The notes under the pieces are model-generated. The model was not told the origin of the DNA. It made no database searches and saw only the letters and a program-made list of their open reading frames with translations. 64,000 nucleotides of DNA. Source: an uncultured Candidatus Saccharibacteria bacterium (GTDB taxonomy: Bacteria; Patescibacteriota; Minisyncoccia; UBA6257; UBA9933). Where the stretch lies: positions 83 to 64,082 of the forward strand of contig CAZXNT010000001.1 of NCBI GenBank assembly GCA_964642155.1, read 5' to 3'. Shown here piece after piece: positions 47,418 to 57,220 of this stretch. The position numbers were made by a program, and so were the translations under genes. The first letter of the stretch is position 1, and every line of letters begins with the position of its first letter.

Positions 47418-48875
47418 TTACACTATTGGCTCTTCCGACGGCAATGAAATTTCCGTGGAAGATTTATTTTCGACCTTTGAAATTGGAGCATCGGAGTTTC
47501 CGGCGGAGGACGGCTTTGTAGCCAATCCCTCTTCTTCCGCAATTTTTCTTTTTACTTCTTCAATTGACGAACAATAAATTTGACGATTGTATTCAATGAT
47601 TTTATCTTTATAAGACGGATGCGTTGGCGGTAAAATTTTTAAAGTTTCAGCGGAAAACGGGTCAGCAGTGCCGCCGTCAATGGTCATTTTAATGTAAAAT
47701 TCCTGCATTCCCAGATTTATCATGTCTTTTGCCTTGAAAACCGGCGTCATTTCTTTTTCAAAAACAAGCGCGTCATCGCCGCCAAGCCGAAAAATTACCA
47801 TTGTCGCCACATTGCCCAAAAAAGTCGCCATTATTTGCGGCTGAAGCTGAGCGCGATACTGATGCGCCACTATTAAAGCCAAGCCGTATTTTCTCGCCTC
47901 AGTAAGAATATTGATAAAAGTATCCGTTACCACGTTGTAAAATTCATCAACATAAAAATAAAAATCTTTTCTTTCTCTTTCTTTAATTGCCGACCTTGCC
48001 GTGCCGGCTTGATAAATTTTTGTCACAAACATTGAGCCAAAAAAACTGGAATTTTCTTCTCCTAATTTCCCTTTTGATAAATTTATAAGCAGAATTTTCT
48101 GCTCATTCATTATTTTTTCAAGGTCAACTTTATTTTCTTTTTGACCGAAGATATAACGCAATAATGGATTGGATAAAAACTGACCAAGTTTATTAACTAA
48201 GGGAATAATGGCTTCGGTGTCAAATTTTTCCGACCAATCGGCAAATTCAATCGCCCAAAATCTTTTAACCATTTCGTCTTGGATATATTCCACAACTTTT
48301 TGGCGATAATTTCTATCATTAAGCAATTTCAACATTCCATGCATAGTTGCGTCTGGATAATCAAGTAACGCCAAACAAGTAAATCTAAAAACGTGCTCCA
48401 ATCGCGGCGTCCAATTAGCGCCAAATTGTTTTTTTAAAACTTCAATTAACCCTTGCGTTACTTGATGTTTCATTTCCGGCTCCACATTTTGCAAAGGATT
48501 AAATGAAACCGGCCAATTTGTGTCAGACGGGTCAATTAAAACAACATCCTTTATTCTGTTTTCCGGAATAAAATTAAGAATATCTTCTATAATATCGCCG
48601 TGCGGGTCCATTAAACATAATCCATGGCCATAATTAATATCTTGCCTAATCATTAATTCAAGCATTTTTGACTTCCCCACTCCGGATTTCCCAATAATGT
48701 AGAAATGGCGTCTGCGGTCATTCCTTTTAATTCCAAAAACATATCTTTTGCTTTCAAATTCTGATTCGTAGTTGGTGCGACCGAAAAAACAAACCTCTTG
48801 AGGGTCAACTTGTCCGTAAATCGGCAAATCCGAAGGCGGCGATGCGTATTTAATTATTTTAACTTTATCTGTCAT
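47418..48875 (-). CDS. VirD4/TraD-like ATPase, paralog 2
   Basis: HFYIIGKSGVGKS, MDPHGD, FYVDEF, TEARKY. Confidence 0.9.
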   Translation of the reverse strand: MTDKVKIIKYASPPSDLPIYGQVDPQEVCFFGRTNYESEFESKRYVFGIKRNDRRRHFYIIGKSGVGKSKMLELMIRQDINYGHGLCLMDPHGDIIEDILNFIPENRIKDVVLIDPSDTNWPVSFNPLQNVEPEMKHQVTQGLIEVLKKQFGANWTPRLEHVFRFTCLALLDYPDATMHGMLKLLNDRNYRQKVVEYIQDEMVKRFWAIEFADWSEKFDTEAIIPLVNKLGQFLSNPLLRYIFGQKENKVDLEKIMNEQKILLINLSKGKLGEENSSFFGSMFVTKIYQAGTARSAIKERERKDFYFYVDEFYNVVTDTFINILTEARKYGLALIVAHQYRAQLQPQIMATFLGNVATMVIFRLGGDDALVFEKEMTPVFKAKDMINLGMQEFYIKMTIDGGTADPFSAETLKILPPTHPSYKDKIIEYNRQIYCSSIEEVKRKIAEEEGLATKPSSAGNSDAPISKVENKSSTEISLPSEEPIV

Positions 48876-48900
48876 TTACTTTTTATTATAGCACTTTACC

Positions 48901-50697
48901 TCAAACAACCTCCTGTTGATAGCATTGTTCGCAATACACAATTTCTTGTCTATCTGGGCTGTAAGTGGTTTCAAATTCATTGAGGCAGGGTTCTGTTCCG
49001 TGAGTATGGGTAATGGTGTTTTGATAGATATTGTTTTCTGATTTTTCTCCAGCGCATTGGCATTTTCTTTTCCATAATTTTAAAGGATTTCTCTGTTTGA
49101 TTCTCTGGTAATGGCGACAATTGGGGCACAATCTAGGTAAAGGAAGATTCATTTTACGGTAGAATTCCAGTTCCTGAGGAATGATTTTGAAGGCTTCTGT
49201 ACACTGCTCGTTGCAAGTTCCTTTATGCTGACATTCTATAATTTGATTAAAAATATCGTCTTTGACATCTTTAATATTGTCGGGTAATTGAGAATTTAAA
49301 ATTGAAAATTGAAAATTTCTAACCTCCGGGTCTTTCCAGTTATAGCCCTGTTCTATTGCCTGTTCTTTAGTCAGAGGGAAATATTCTTGAGCTATTGTTT
49401 CGTTATACGCAAACGGACTTAATTCCGGAGGAAAGAATTCACCGTATTTGTAAACTACTTGTCCTGAGCTTGTCGAAGGATGCCTTTTTGAGATATAGGG
49501 CATATCATTCATATGCTTGATAATTTTCGGCACCAATTTTTCGTATTCTTCTTTACTATATTGTTTATTCAAGATGCAGTATTGCTTGTTGCGAAGGCCG
49601 ATGCAGCCAAAGAGGTTAGAGGAATTGTGACAATTATAAGAGTAATAGACATCCTGTCCTCCCCATATAACAACACCAAACATTAATCGTGAAGCCTGAA
49701 CTCCTGTATCAATAACTTCATATAACATTTCTCCATTTACTCCAACGCCATAACCATCATAGCTATCTCGTAAATCCAACGCGTTCATAACAAATTTACA
49801 ATCCCTCACATTTCCCACAACATCAAAACAATTCAAGCAATTAAAACTATTGTTAACCGCATCACCTGTAATTTTTTGAGAATGTGAAATATTCGCCGAT
49901 TTTCTTAATGCTTTTAATTTTAATTCATTAAATTTATTTTTAATTTCTTTTAAAAATTTAAAATGACCTATATTAAATTGTTCCAATTTATTAAAATATT
50001 CTTCTTTTAAATAGGGTTCGTTAAAAATATGGTATTGCTTATTTCTCAAACCCACTGATCCAAAAACATTTGAACAGCCTTTGCAATCATAAATAAACGA
50101 ACAATTGTTGCAATTTTCGGAATCTTGAGCAAAAAAGGTTGAATATAATTTCGCGGAACTTATATCCTCATAACAAAGCTCACAATTAATAACCGCAAAA
50201 TTATCCGCTGAATCTTTTGATTGGTTACATCTGGATGAATACATTATATTCTCCCCATCCCACGACGCGGAAACTAAATAACCGTTTTTAAAATCTCCTA
50301 TATGATTGCAAAAATTGCTGTTTATTGATCTCCCGTTAAACAAAGCTGGCATTGGCACATGAAGCATTAAATCTTTAAATTGCTTTAAAAAAGTGTTTTT
50401 AAAATCCAATTCTATACCGAAATTCAAAGCGTCCCAATCATCAGACCACCAAATATCTCTATTATAAACCACAATTCCAGATTGTGGAGAAAAACATGAA
50501 ATAAGATCTTTTCCTGTTTTAGCGCACTTATTCCTATAAAAACTTCTTTCGTTTCTATATGTAAATCTCCTCTGTATCCTGCACTCCGGACAAAAAGTCG
50601 GCGGAGGAACCTTTATTTTGGCGTAGAATTCAAAATCTTCGAACTCAATTGTAAAATCATTTTTACAGTTTTGGCATTTTTTTATTTCTTGATTCAT
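48901..50697 (-). CDS. Cys-rich CPR protein, paralog 2
   Basis: CQNC, PTFCPECR, YGEFFP, PLPRLCPNCR, YCEQCY. Confidence 0.85.
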   Translation of the reverse strand: MNQEIKKCQNCKNDFTIEFEDFEFYAKIKVPPPTFCPECRIQRRFTYRNERSFYRNKCAKTGKDLISCFSPQSGIVVYNRDIWWSDDWDALNFGIELDFKNTFLKQFKDLMLHVPMPALFNGRSINSNFCNHIGDFKNGYLVSASWDGENIMYSSRCNQSKDSADNFAVINCELCYEDISSAKLYSTFFAQDSENCNNCSFIYDCKGCSNVFGSVGLRNKQYHIFNEPYLKEEYFNKLEQFNIGHFKFLKEIKNKFNELKLKALRKSANISHSQKITGDAVNNSFNCLNCFDVVGNVRDCKFVMNALDLRDSYDGYGVGVNGEMLYEVIDTGVQASRLMFGVVIWGGQDVYYSYNCHNSSNLFGCIGLRNKQYCILNKQYSKEEYEKLVPKIIKHMNDMPYISKRHPSTSSGQVVYKYGEFFPPELSPFAYNETIAQEYFPLTKEQAIEQGYNWKDPEVRNFQFSILNSQLPDNIKDVKDDIFNQIIECQHKGTCNEQCTEAFKIIPQELEFYRKMNLPLPRLCPNCRHYQRIKQRNPLKLWKRKCQCAGEKSENNIYQNTITHTHGTEPCLNEFETTYSPDRQEIVYCEQCYQQEVV

Positions 50698-50721
50698 AAT
50701 TTTTTATTCATAATCCATAAA

Positions 50722-52371
50722 TTATACCACTTCTCTTAAATAACACTCTTCACAAACAATTTTTTTATATCCCCATTCTTTTGGATAATAGGAAACAATA
50801 TTTTTTTGACAAAACGCGCATTTGGCCTCAACCGGATTGATGCAGAACAAATTTTTTATTCTGCTTTTGGTGCGCACATCAGGATAGTGATGAGGCAAGG
50901 GAATGGAATGTTTTTTGTAAAATTCAACTTCTTCCCGCCTTAAATTAAACGGTCTGCCTGTTTCTTCGCACAAAAAAACCCTACCAGCCATTTCATCACC
51001 CACAGTGCTTATATCATCTATAAATGGATTTATGGTTAAGTTAGAAACATCAGCATCTTCAAGCTCTTCCCAATTTCCTTCCGATTTAACAACTTCTTCT
51101 TTTACCTTGGGGAAAAATATTCCGGCTAAAGAAAGATTATATCCTCCGTGCGCCATTTTATAAGGAAAAAATTCGCCATAAGAACCATCATTTTCCATCG
51201 CCTGCTTGATTTTAGCCACCAAATCATAATAATCTTCTTTGGAATACTGCTTATTTAAAATGGAATAGCTTTTATTTTTCAACCCAACGCACCCGAAACA
51301 ATTTTCGCACCCGACACAGGAATCAAGATATTCACTGTCACGGCAATTTATACAATAATTAGAGTGCTTCATATTGTATATCTCAGTCATTTGATTTACG
51401 TCATACGCCAATTCTCCTTTATAAACCCCAGTCGAGTCATTTACGTCCTTATTCATCGCTCCTCTGAAATAATAAGAACAATCCTCCGATTTTTCCAAAA
51501 AATAAGAATTTTTACATTTTTTACACTCGCTTAAATAATTACCGCTTGAATTAACGGTTTTGGTATTGAAATTATTTTTATGAACCGCTTCTTCCTTAAT
51601 TTTTTTCTCAAAAGTTTTCTTTAAAAATTGAATCGTATTCCAAGAATTTAAATTATATTCCTTCAATTTCTGAAAATATTCTTCCTTGGAATACGGCTGG
51701 TTTAAAATATAATATTCTTTATTGCGCAAATTCCAACACATAAAGCAATTTCTCATGTTGTGGCAGTCATACAAAAACGAGGCGTCAAAACTGTCTCGCG
51801 TATCAAAAGCGTATTTTACATTATAAAGCTTAAAACAATAGGAGCAGTCGTAGGATAGTTCAGAATCATAACAATAAGTTAGATCATATGAATCGCGACA
51901 ATTTAAGGTTCTGTATGAATATAAAAGATTTTCGCAATTTGCCAAAGACCGACAAAGATAGCAATTTTTTGAATCCCACACATCATCGCAATAATCGCAA
52001 TTTTGATTATTAGAGCCGAATTGGTGCGGTTTGGGCGCTTTTGTTTGCAATTCATAAAGCTGGTCAAAAAAAGTTTTGGAAAAGTCGTATTCTAAAAAAG
52101 GCGGTTCCCAAGCATCCGAATACCAATGACTCGATTTATATACCGGAAAGTGCACGTTTGACGGAAAAATAGAAATTATGCTTTCTCCGCTCAAATCGCA
52201 TTTTCTTTTGTTAAATTTGGCAAACGGCCAAAAAGCCAGCCGTTTTTGTTGACGACAACTTGAACACATTCTCGGCGCCGGGACTTTTATTTTAGCGTAA
52301 AACTCAAAATCCTCCGGCTCAATGGTAAACTGGTTTTTACAGTTTTGGCACTGTTTGGTTTCGGAAATCAT
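50722..52371 (-). CDS. Cys-rich CPR protein, paralog 3
   Basis: CQNC, CSSCR, YGEFFP, CAFC, VCEECY. Confidence 0.85.
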   Translation of the reverse strand: MISETKQCQNCKNQFTIEPEDFEFYAKIKVPAPRMCSSCRQQKRLAFWPFAKFNKRKCDLSGESIISIFPSNVHFPVYKSSHWYSDAWEPPFLEYDFSKTFFDQLYELQTKAPKPHQFGSNNQNCDYCDDVWDSKNCYLCRSLANCENLLYSYRTLNCRDSYDLTYCYDSELSYDCSYCFKLYNVKYAFDTRDSFDASFLYDCHNMRNCFMCWNLRNKEYYILNQPYSKEEYFQKLKEYNLNSWNTIQFLKKTFEKKIKEEAVHKNNFNTKTVNSSGNYLSECKKCKNSYFLEKSEDCSYYFRGAMNKDVNDSTGVYKGELAYDVNQMTEIYNMKHSNYCINCRDSEYLDSCVGCENCFGCVGLKNKSYSILNKQYSKEDYYDLVAKIKQAMENDGSYGEFFPYKMAHGGYNLSLAGIFFPKVKEEVVKSEGNWEELEDADVSNLTINPFIDDISTVGDEMAGRVFLCEETGRPFNLRREEVEFYKKHSIPLPHHYPDVRTKSRIKNLFCINPVEAKCAFCQKNIVSYYPKEWGYKKIVCEECYLREVV

Positions 52372-52880
52372 ATCAATTCCAATTCAATATTTAAAAGTTC
52401 TTCCATTGTTTTATGATAAATTTCGATTATTCTTTTAGCTTCTCCTATCGGCAAATGAAAATCGGCTTCGTGGGCAAGCCTATTCCTAACTTTATGCGCT
52501 TCCCATAATTCATTTATGTTTTTAAATTCGCTCGGATGAATTGATTTTAATCGCTCTCCCATATCTTGGCCCGGATGGCCGTGTTCTTTTAAAATTTCGT
52601 CAACCAAACTGTCGGCTTCAATAATCGCCAAACGCAAATCGCGCTCATCGCCGGATTTTATTCTTTCTAATAATTTACTCCATTTTTTATGAATTAATTC
52701 TCTATGCTTGATTATCTGCCTATATTTACCGTCAGTTACTTTCAAACCCTTAAGAAGATTAAGAGTTTCCGAAGGATTCAATTTTTGCCTGAATGCCGAA
52801 GATTTTACCATCAGCCAAATAATGGCGATGACTAACGCCAGTATTAGAATAATTAAAATAATTTGCAAAGTTAATATCAT
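52368..52880 (-). CDS. Conserved CPR hypothetical protein (TM plus helical domain)
   Basis: LAIIEADSLVD...GERLK...WEAHKVRNRLAHE. Confidence 0.7.
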   Translation of the reverse strand: MILTLQIILIILILALVIAIIWLMVKSSAFRQKLNPSETLNLLKGLKVTDGKYRQIIKHRELIHKKWSKLLERIKSGDERDLRLAIIEADSLVDEILKEHGHPGQDMGERLKSIHPSEFKNINELWEAHKVRNRLAHEADFHLPIGEAKRIIEIYHKTMEELLNIELELI

Positions 52881-52885
52881 AAAAT

Positions 52886-54232
52886 TTACTCTTCTTCAAA
52901 TATCGGTAAACCCGCCGGCGGACCCATTTTCTTGCTTTCTGTCCGTTCAATATGCGGAGATGTCAAAACTTGTTCAGCCGGGATATGATAAATAGTCGCG
53001 AGTTCAGAAGTGACAAAAATTGAAGTTTTTGATTTATTATTAAAATCAAAAATATACGATGTCATAAATCTGCCAAAGAACAATTTTTCCGGAAATAATC
53101 TATTCTTGAAATTATATAATAATCGTTGTTTTCTCGCTTCAACTCTTTGGTCAATAAAAACATGAGGAGAATAAATCCATCTTGATCTAGTCTCAACCAA
53201 GGGATTATTCTTAAAAAAATTTAAAGAAGAAGCATATTGGTTAAAAGCGCCCAAAATGCCCTTTCTCGCAAAATTTGTATTATAAATAGAATTTGGAGCA
53301 ATATAAAGAAAACGAATTAAGCTTTCAAAACCGTGCTTGGAAAGTTTATTTTCAATTTCTTTCATGGCTTCGTAGTCGCTGATATTTGCCGGCTCTTTTT
53401 TTGCCGGTTCTTTCGGTTCAGACCAAACGGGATATTCCGTCGGCGCCCATAAAAAATTTTTCGCCCATTCATATATAATTTGATTAAACCCTCCTTTTTT
53501 CCCTTCTTCTTTGCCGAGTTTTTTATTTACAAAATCTCTTCCCTCATTTTTCCAATCATCATTAAGCGGAGCGATTAAAATTTGGATAAAAACGTTTTCT
53601 TCTTTATGAATCCCAGCCAAAACTTCAATGAGTGCTGAGAGAGGATCAACTATTACTTGTTTTTGGTCATCAAGTTTTGCAGGTTGATTAAAAAAATGGT
53701 CGTAAGTAATAATAGGATAAAAATCCTGTTTGCCTAAATTAAACTCACTGCCAAAAATATTCTCATTACTCTCATAAAATTCTTTTGTAGAATTAGGTAA
53801 TTTGTTAAGATAATCTTCGGCCTCAATAATTTCAATATTGGGATATTGCGCGTGCATTCCCGCTTCAAACATTTTTTGATTTTTTTTCGGCGTTCTGATA
53901 TAAAAATGGATTTTGCCGCCAAGACTCGCTATTTCCAGACTCCACCATAAAGTCACCTCGCCATCAGTATATTTTTCTAAAAAATTTCCGGGTTCATTCT
54001 TTAAGCTATGCAAATTTATAAAAAATTGCTCCATTGCCTTCGGCGTTTTCAAAACTTCACGAGGAATTTTTAATTCCAAAACCGCCCATTTAATAGTTTT
54101 TTTATAGAGTGACTGCTTATAAAAAAGCCATGCCTGCTCAAATATTTTAAAAAGCGCTATTACCAACGCTAAAAGTCCCAATAAGAATAAAATTGAGTAA
54201 ATTAAAGATTGATTTGACTCAAAAAAAGCCAT
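52886..54232 (-). CDS. Membrane-anchored protein resembling the N-terminal module of CPR VirD4-like ATPases
   Basis: LELKIPREVLKTPKAMEQ, SLEIAS, AQYP, ELATIYHIP. Confidence 0.7.
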   Translation of the reverse strand: MAFFESNQSLIYSILFLLGLLALVIALFKIFEQAWLFYKQSLYKKTIKWAVLELKIPREVLKTPKAMEQFFINLHSLKNEPGNFLEKYTDGEVTLWWSLEIASLGGKIHFYIRTPKKNQKMFEAGMHAQYPNIEIIEAEDYLNKLPNSTKEFYESNENIFGSEFNLGKQDFYPIITYDHFFNQPAKLDDQKQVIVDPLSALIEVLAGIHKEENVFIQILIAPLNDDWKNEGRDFVNKKLGKEEGKKGGFNQIIYEWAKNFLWAPTEYPVWSEPKEPAKKEPANISDYEAMKEIENKLSKHGFESLIRFLYIAPNSIYNTNFARKGILGAFNQYASSLNFFKNNPLVETRSRWIYSPHVFIDQRVEARKQRLLYNFKNRLFPEKLFFGRFMTSYIFDFNNKSKTSIFVTSELATIYHIPAEQVLTSPHIERTESKKMGPPAGLPIFEEE

Positions 54233-55261
54233 TTATTTAACACTATATTTGCCGTCCGGCATTCTTTTAAAATGCCTTCTGTTTTGGAGATTGAGCAAAA
54301 TAGTATTGTCTTTAAGGAACCTTTCCTGCTTTACCAAATCAACAACTTCTTCTTTATGAAGCGGCCCCTTTGTTTTCAAAATCCGCATAATAACGTCTTT
54401 GGCGATACCCGGTTTCAAACCGAATTCCGAAAGCCCGTACATGCCCCGTCCAACCAAAACAAAACGCGGGTCTTTTATCAATTCATTATGAATGGTTTGA
54501 TAAAGGGCGTGGCGCTTATTAAGTTTAAGTTCGTTTATTTTTTTCGCGATTTCTTTGAAATGCAACGGAGCGCTGTGCTTTTTTAAAATCAAATAAGCTC
54601 TCGCCCGGGCGGTTTTGGGAGTTATTTCTTCCCAATGCGTCAAACCAAAATCGCCAAAAGGACTCACTCCGAATTTTTTTGAAATTGAAGCGTAATTCAA
54701 AGCGATAAAATCTTTAACATTATGGGATTTGACGACTTGCGCAAAAAGTTCATCAAATTTTTTATGAGTGATAAGTTCTTCTTTTTTATCGGCAATAAAT
54801 TTTTCGAGCTTATTAATAAAATCAACGGCAAGCTTCTGTGATTCCTTATTTAAATACCAAAAGCTGTAAAAATTCTTTTCTTCAATTTGATGAAGAGGAG
54901 TTTTAAAAACTTCAAAAATAAATTTTAATTGTTCGCCGGTGATTGTGTTAGTTTTAAATAATCCCCTTAATTCATTAAGAAAAACATTTTCTCTCATCAC
55001 GCCGCCGACTTTTTTAAGGTGGTTGATAGCATCTTCAATTATTCTGCCGGCTGCCTGATTTTTTTTAAGTTTTTCGCTTATTGATTTCAAGCTGGCACTT
55101 TCAATTTGCCTCACCCTCTCGCGAGTTAAGCTGTATTTTTTGCCAACCGTAGCCAAAGTGCGCTTTTTGCCGTTCAAACCAAATCTTTGTTCAATAATAT
55201 CTTTTTGGCGCGGAGAAAGTCCAGAAATTAAATCGTTGATTATATTATTTATATTTTCCAT
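54233..55261 (-). CDS. Sigma-70 region 4 / HARE-HTH domain protein
   Basis: RTLATVGKKYSLTRERVRQIE; TIHNELIKDPRFVLVGRGMYGL. Confidence 0.8.
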   Translation of the reverse strand: MENINNIINDLISGLSPRQKDIIEQRFGLNGKKRTLATVGKKYSLTRERVRQIESASLKSISEKLKKNQAAGRIIEDAINHLKKVGGVMRENVFLNELRGLFKTNTITGEQLKFIFEVFKTPLHQIEEKNFYSFWYLNKESQKLAVDFINKLEKFIADKKEELITHKKFDELFAQVVKSHNVKDFIALNYASISKKFGVSPFGDFGLTHWEEITPKTARARAYLILKKHSAPLHFKEIAKKINELKLNKRHALYQTIHNELIKDPRFVLVGRGMYGLSEFGLKPGIAKDVIMRILKTKGPLHKEEVVDLVKQERFLKDNTILLNLQNRRHFKRMPDGKYSVK

Positions 55262-55342
55262 TTTTATATATTATAAAGACAACACGGTTAATATGTCAAC
55301 CCCCCACATAAATTTATGTGAGGGTTAAGTGTTTTAACGATG

Positions 55343-55414
55343 TGGGCGCAAGAAGGATCGAACTTCTGACCTTTCCGATGTGAACGGAACGCTCTACCAC
55401 TGAGCTATGCGCCC
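55343..55414 (-). tRNA. tRNA-Val(CAC)
   Basis: GGGCGCA/TGCGCCC acceptor, TTCCG-TTCACAT-CGGAA anticodon arm. Confidence 0.95.
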
Positions 55415-55429
55415 GATATTTTTAATTTA

Positions 55430-55460
55430 AAACAAAAAGACGCTCTTATCAAGCGTCTTC
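55430..55460 (-). terminator. Intrinsic terminator after rplL
   Basis: AAGACGCT/AGCGTCTT stem followed by a T run on the minus strand. Confidence 0.6.
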
Positions 55461-55490
55461 TTTATTCATAATTCATACTTCTTAATTCCA

Positions 55491-55859
55491 TTACTTCAAT
55501 TCCACCATTGCTCCTACCCCCTCTAGCTTTTTCTTAAGCTCTTCAGCTTCTTCTTTTTTAAGTCCGATTTTTACCGGCTTTGGAGCGCCTTCAACTAAAT
55601 CTTTGGATTCTTTTAAGCCAAGCCCGGTCGCTTCTTTAACGGCTTTAATAACGTTAATTTTTTGATCGCCGACTGATTTCAAAATAACATCAAAAGAAGT
55701 TTTTTCCGCCACTTCTTCACTTCCCGTCGCCACTCCTCCGCCAACAGCCATTGCGGAAGCTGAAACGCCGAATTTTTCTTCCAATGTTTTAACCAATTCC
55801 GCCAATTCAACAACCGTTAATTTTTCAATTTTTTCAATTATATCTTTAAATTTTTCCAT
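55491..55859 (-). CDS. rplL: 50S ribosomal protein L7/L12
   Basis: [33 protein letters not shown]. Confidence 0.97.
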   Translation of the reverse strand: MEKFKDIIEKIEKLTVVELAELVKTLEEKFGVSASAMAVGGGVATGSEEVAEKTSFDVILKSVGDQKINVIKAVKEATGLGLKESKDLVEGAPKPVKIGLKKEEAEELKKKLEGVGAMVELK

Positions 55860-55936
55860 AAAATTTTAGCATCTTATTTATTTTCGACCATTTTGTCCTT
55901 CGGTTTAACTCAGGACAACCTCTTCGAGCCTGAGCC

Positions 55937-56452
55937 TCAGAGCCGAAGGCCTGAGCCTGTCGAATGGGTTGATTTCTCATTTAACACATACAAAAACATT
56001 CTCATTGGCGCAACTAACATTCCAACCAATTGCCCCAATAATACTTCTCTCGACGGCAATTGGCCAATTCGTGTTACCATCGCGCCGTCAAATGAATTCT
56101 TTTCCGCCAAATCATAACCACCCAAAATTTTAAAATTCTTGTTTTTTATTTCTTTGGAAAATTTATAAATCAAACCGGCGATTTCGGAAATATCTCCTTG
56201 CGTGGAAATAGTCCCAACCTGCAAATCAAATTGCTCCGGGTCAAAATCAAAACCGCTGTCTTTCAAAGCGATTCTTAAAAGTTTCTTTTTAAAAACTTTT
56301 AATTTCGCTCCAACGGAACTTAATAAACGGCGCAATTTTTTTATATCCTCAACCTTCGTTCCGCTAAAATCAATAAAAGCTAAAGTTCGGCTTTGTTTAA
56401 GCATACTCTTACTTTCTTCTATTTGCTGTAATTTTTGAGATTTAGTAAGCAT
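55937..56452 (-). CDS. rplJ: 50S ribosomal protein L10
   Basis: MLTKSQK start, LPSREVLLGQL, directly upstream of rplL. Confidence 0.92.
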   Translation of the reverse strand: MLTKSQKLQQIEESKSMLKQSRTLAFIDFSGTKVEDIKKLRRLLSSVGAKLKVFKKKLLRIALKDSGFDFDPEQFDLQVGTISTQGDISEIAGLIYKFSKEIKNKNFKILGGYDLAEKNSFDGAMVTRIGQLPSREVLLGQLVGMLVAPMRMFLYVLNEKSTHSTGSGLRL

Positions 56453-56459
56453 TTTAAAT

Positions 56460-56567
56460 AAAAAACGGCTTTTAAAGCCGCAGACAAAAAATACGTTATC
56501 CTCGAGAGGTCTTACTGCGCCCTCCATAGCTTTAGCGAAGGAGGGTTGTGCGCCTCTTGTCTGCGGA
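56460..56567 (-). promoter_or_regulatory. L10 leader RNA
   Basis: CCGCAGACAAGAGG...TAAGACCTCTCGAGG...GTCTGCGG resembles the L10 leader consensus, just upstream of rplJ. Confidence 0.7.
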
Positions 56568-56623
56568 ATTTATATTATATTAGCAAATAGAATTTTAATG
56601 TCAATAACCTTAATGGCTAATAG

Positions 56624-57220
56624 CTATTCCAATATCCCGTCCAGATTCACGTCATACAAAATCTTTTCGGAAACAAGTTTGTATTTTATTATTTCTTCCG
56701 GCTTAAACCACAAATTGATTTCTTTCCCCGCATCTTCAATTGAACCCGAAGCGTGAATCAAATTACGAATCGCCCTGTTATCAGCATCCGACAATTGGTA
56801 AGAATCCAAAACAAAATCGCCGCGAATAGTGCCGACATCGGAAGTAAATGGCTCCGTGCCGCCGACTAATTTCCTCGTTAATTTAACAGCGTGAACTCCC
56901 TGCCAAACCATGGCAATCACCGGTCCGGAACACATAAATTTTTTCAAATTGTTTAAAATAATTTCCGTAATTTTATAAGGGTCATCGTGCGGCGGCTCCA
57001 ATCCCTTATCGCGATAACTTTTAATTGTTTTTTCGCCGGTTATCCGCCACCATTCCGGGTCAATTGTATAATGCTTTTCAATAAAATCATTATCCGGAAC
57101 AACCATTTTTACTGCAACTAATTTCAAACCAACCCTTTCCAGGCGTTTTATAATTTCCCCGACCAAAGACCTCTGAATCCCGTCCGGTTTTATTATTACT
57201 AATGTTTTTTCGTTTTTCAT
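56624..57220 (-). CDS. ndk: Nucleoside diphosphate kinase
   Basis: TLVIIKPDG, GTIRGDF, NLIHASGS. Confidence 0.95.
   Translation of the reverse strand: MKNEKTLVIIKPDGIQRSLVGEIIKRLERVGLKLVAVKMVVPDNDFIEKHYTIDPEWWRITGEKTIKSYRDKGLEPPHDDPYKITEIILNNLKKFMCSGPVIAMVWQGVHAVKLTRKLVGGTEPFTSDVGTIRGDFVLDSYQLSDADNRAIRNLIHASGSIEDAGKEINLWFKPEEIIKYKLVSEKILYDVNLDGILE

Noticed and set aside
45221-50697. DGR template/variable repeat pair in the Cys-rich paralogs or pilins
   Set aside because: Mismatches are not adenine-specific (mostly third codon positions), the pilin repeat has none, and no reverse transcriptase is in the window.
56453-56527. 25-aa N-terminal extension of L10 in the ORF track
   Set aside because: It overlaps the L10 leader RNA; MLTKSQK at 56452 is the typical start.
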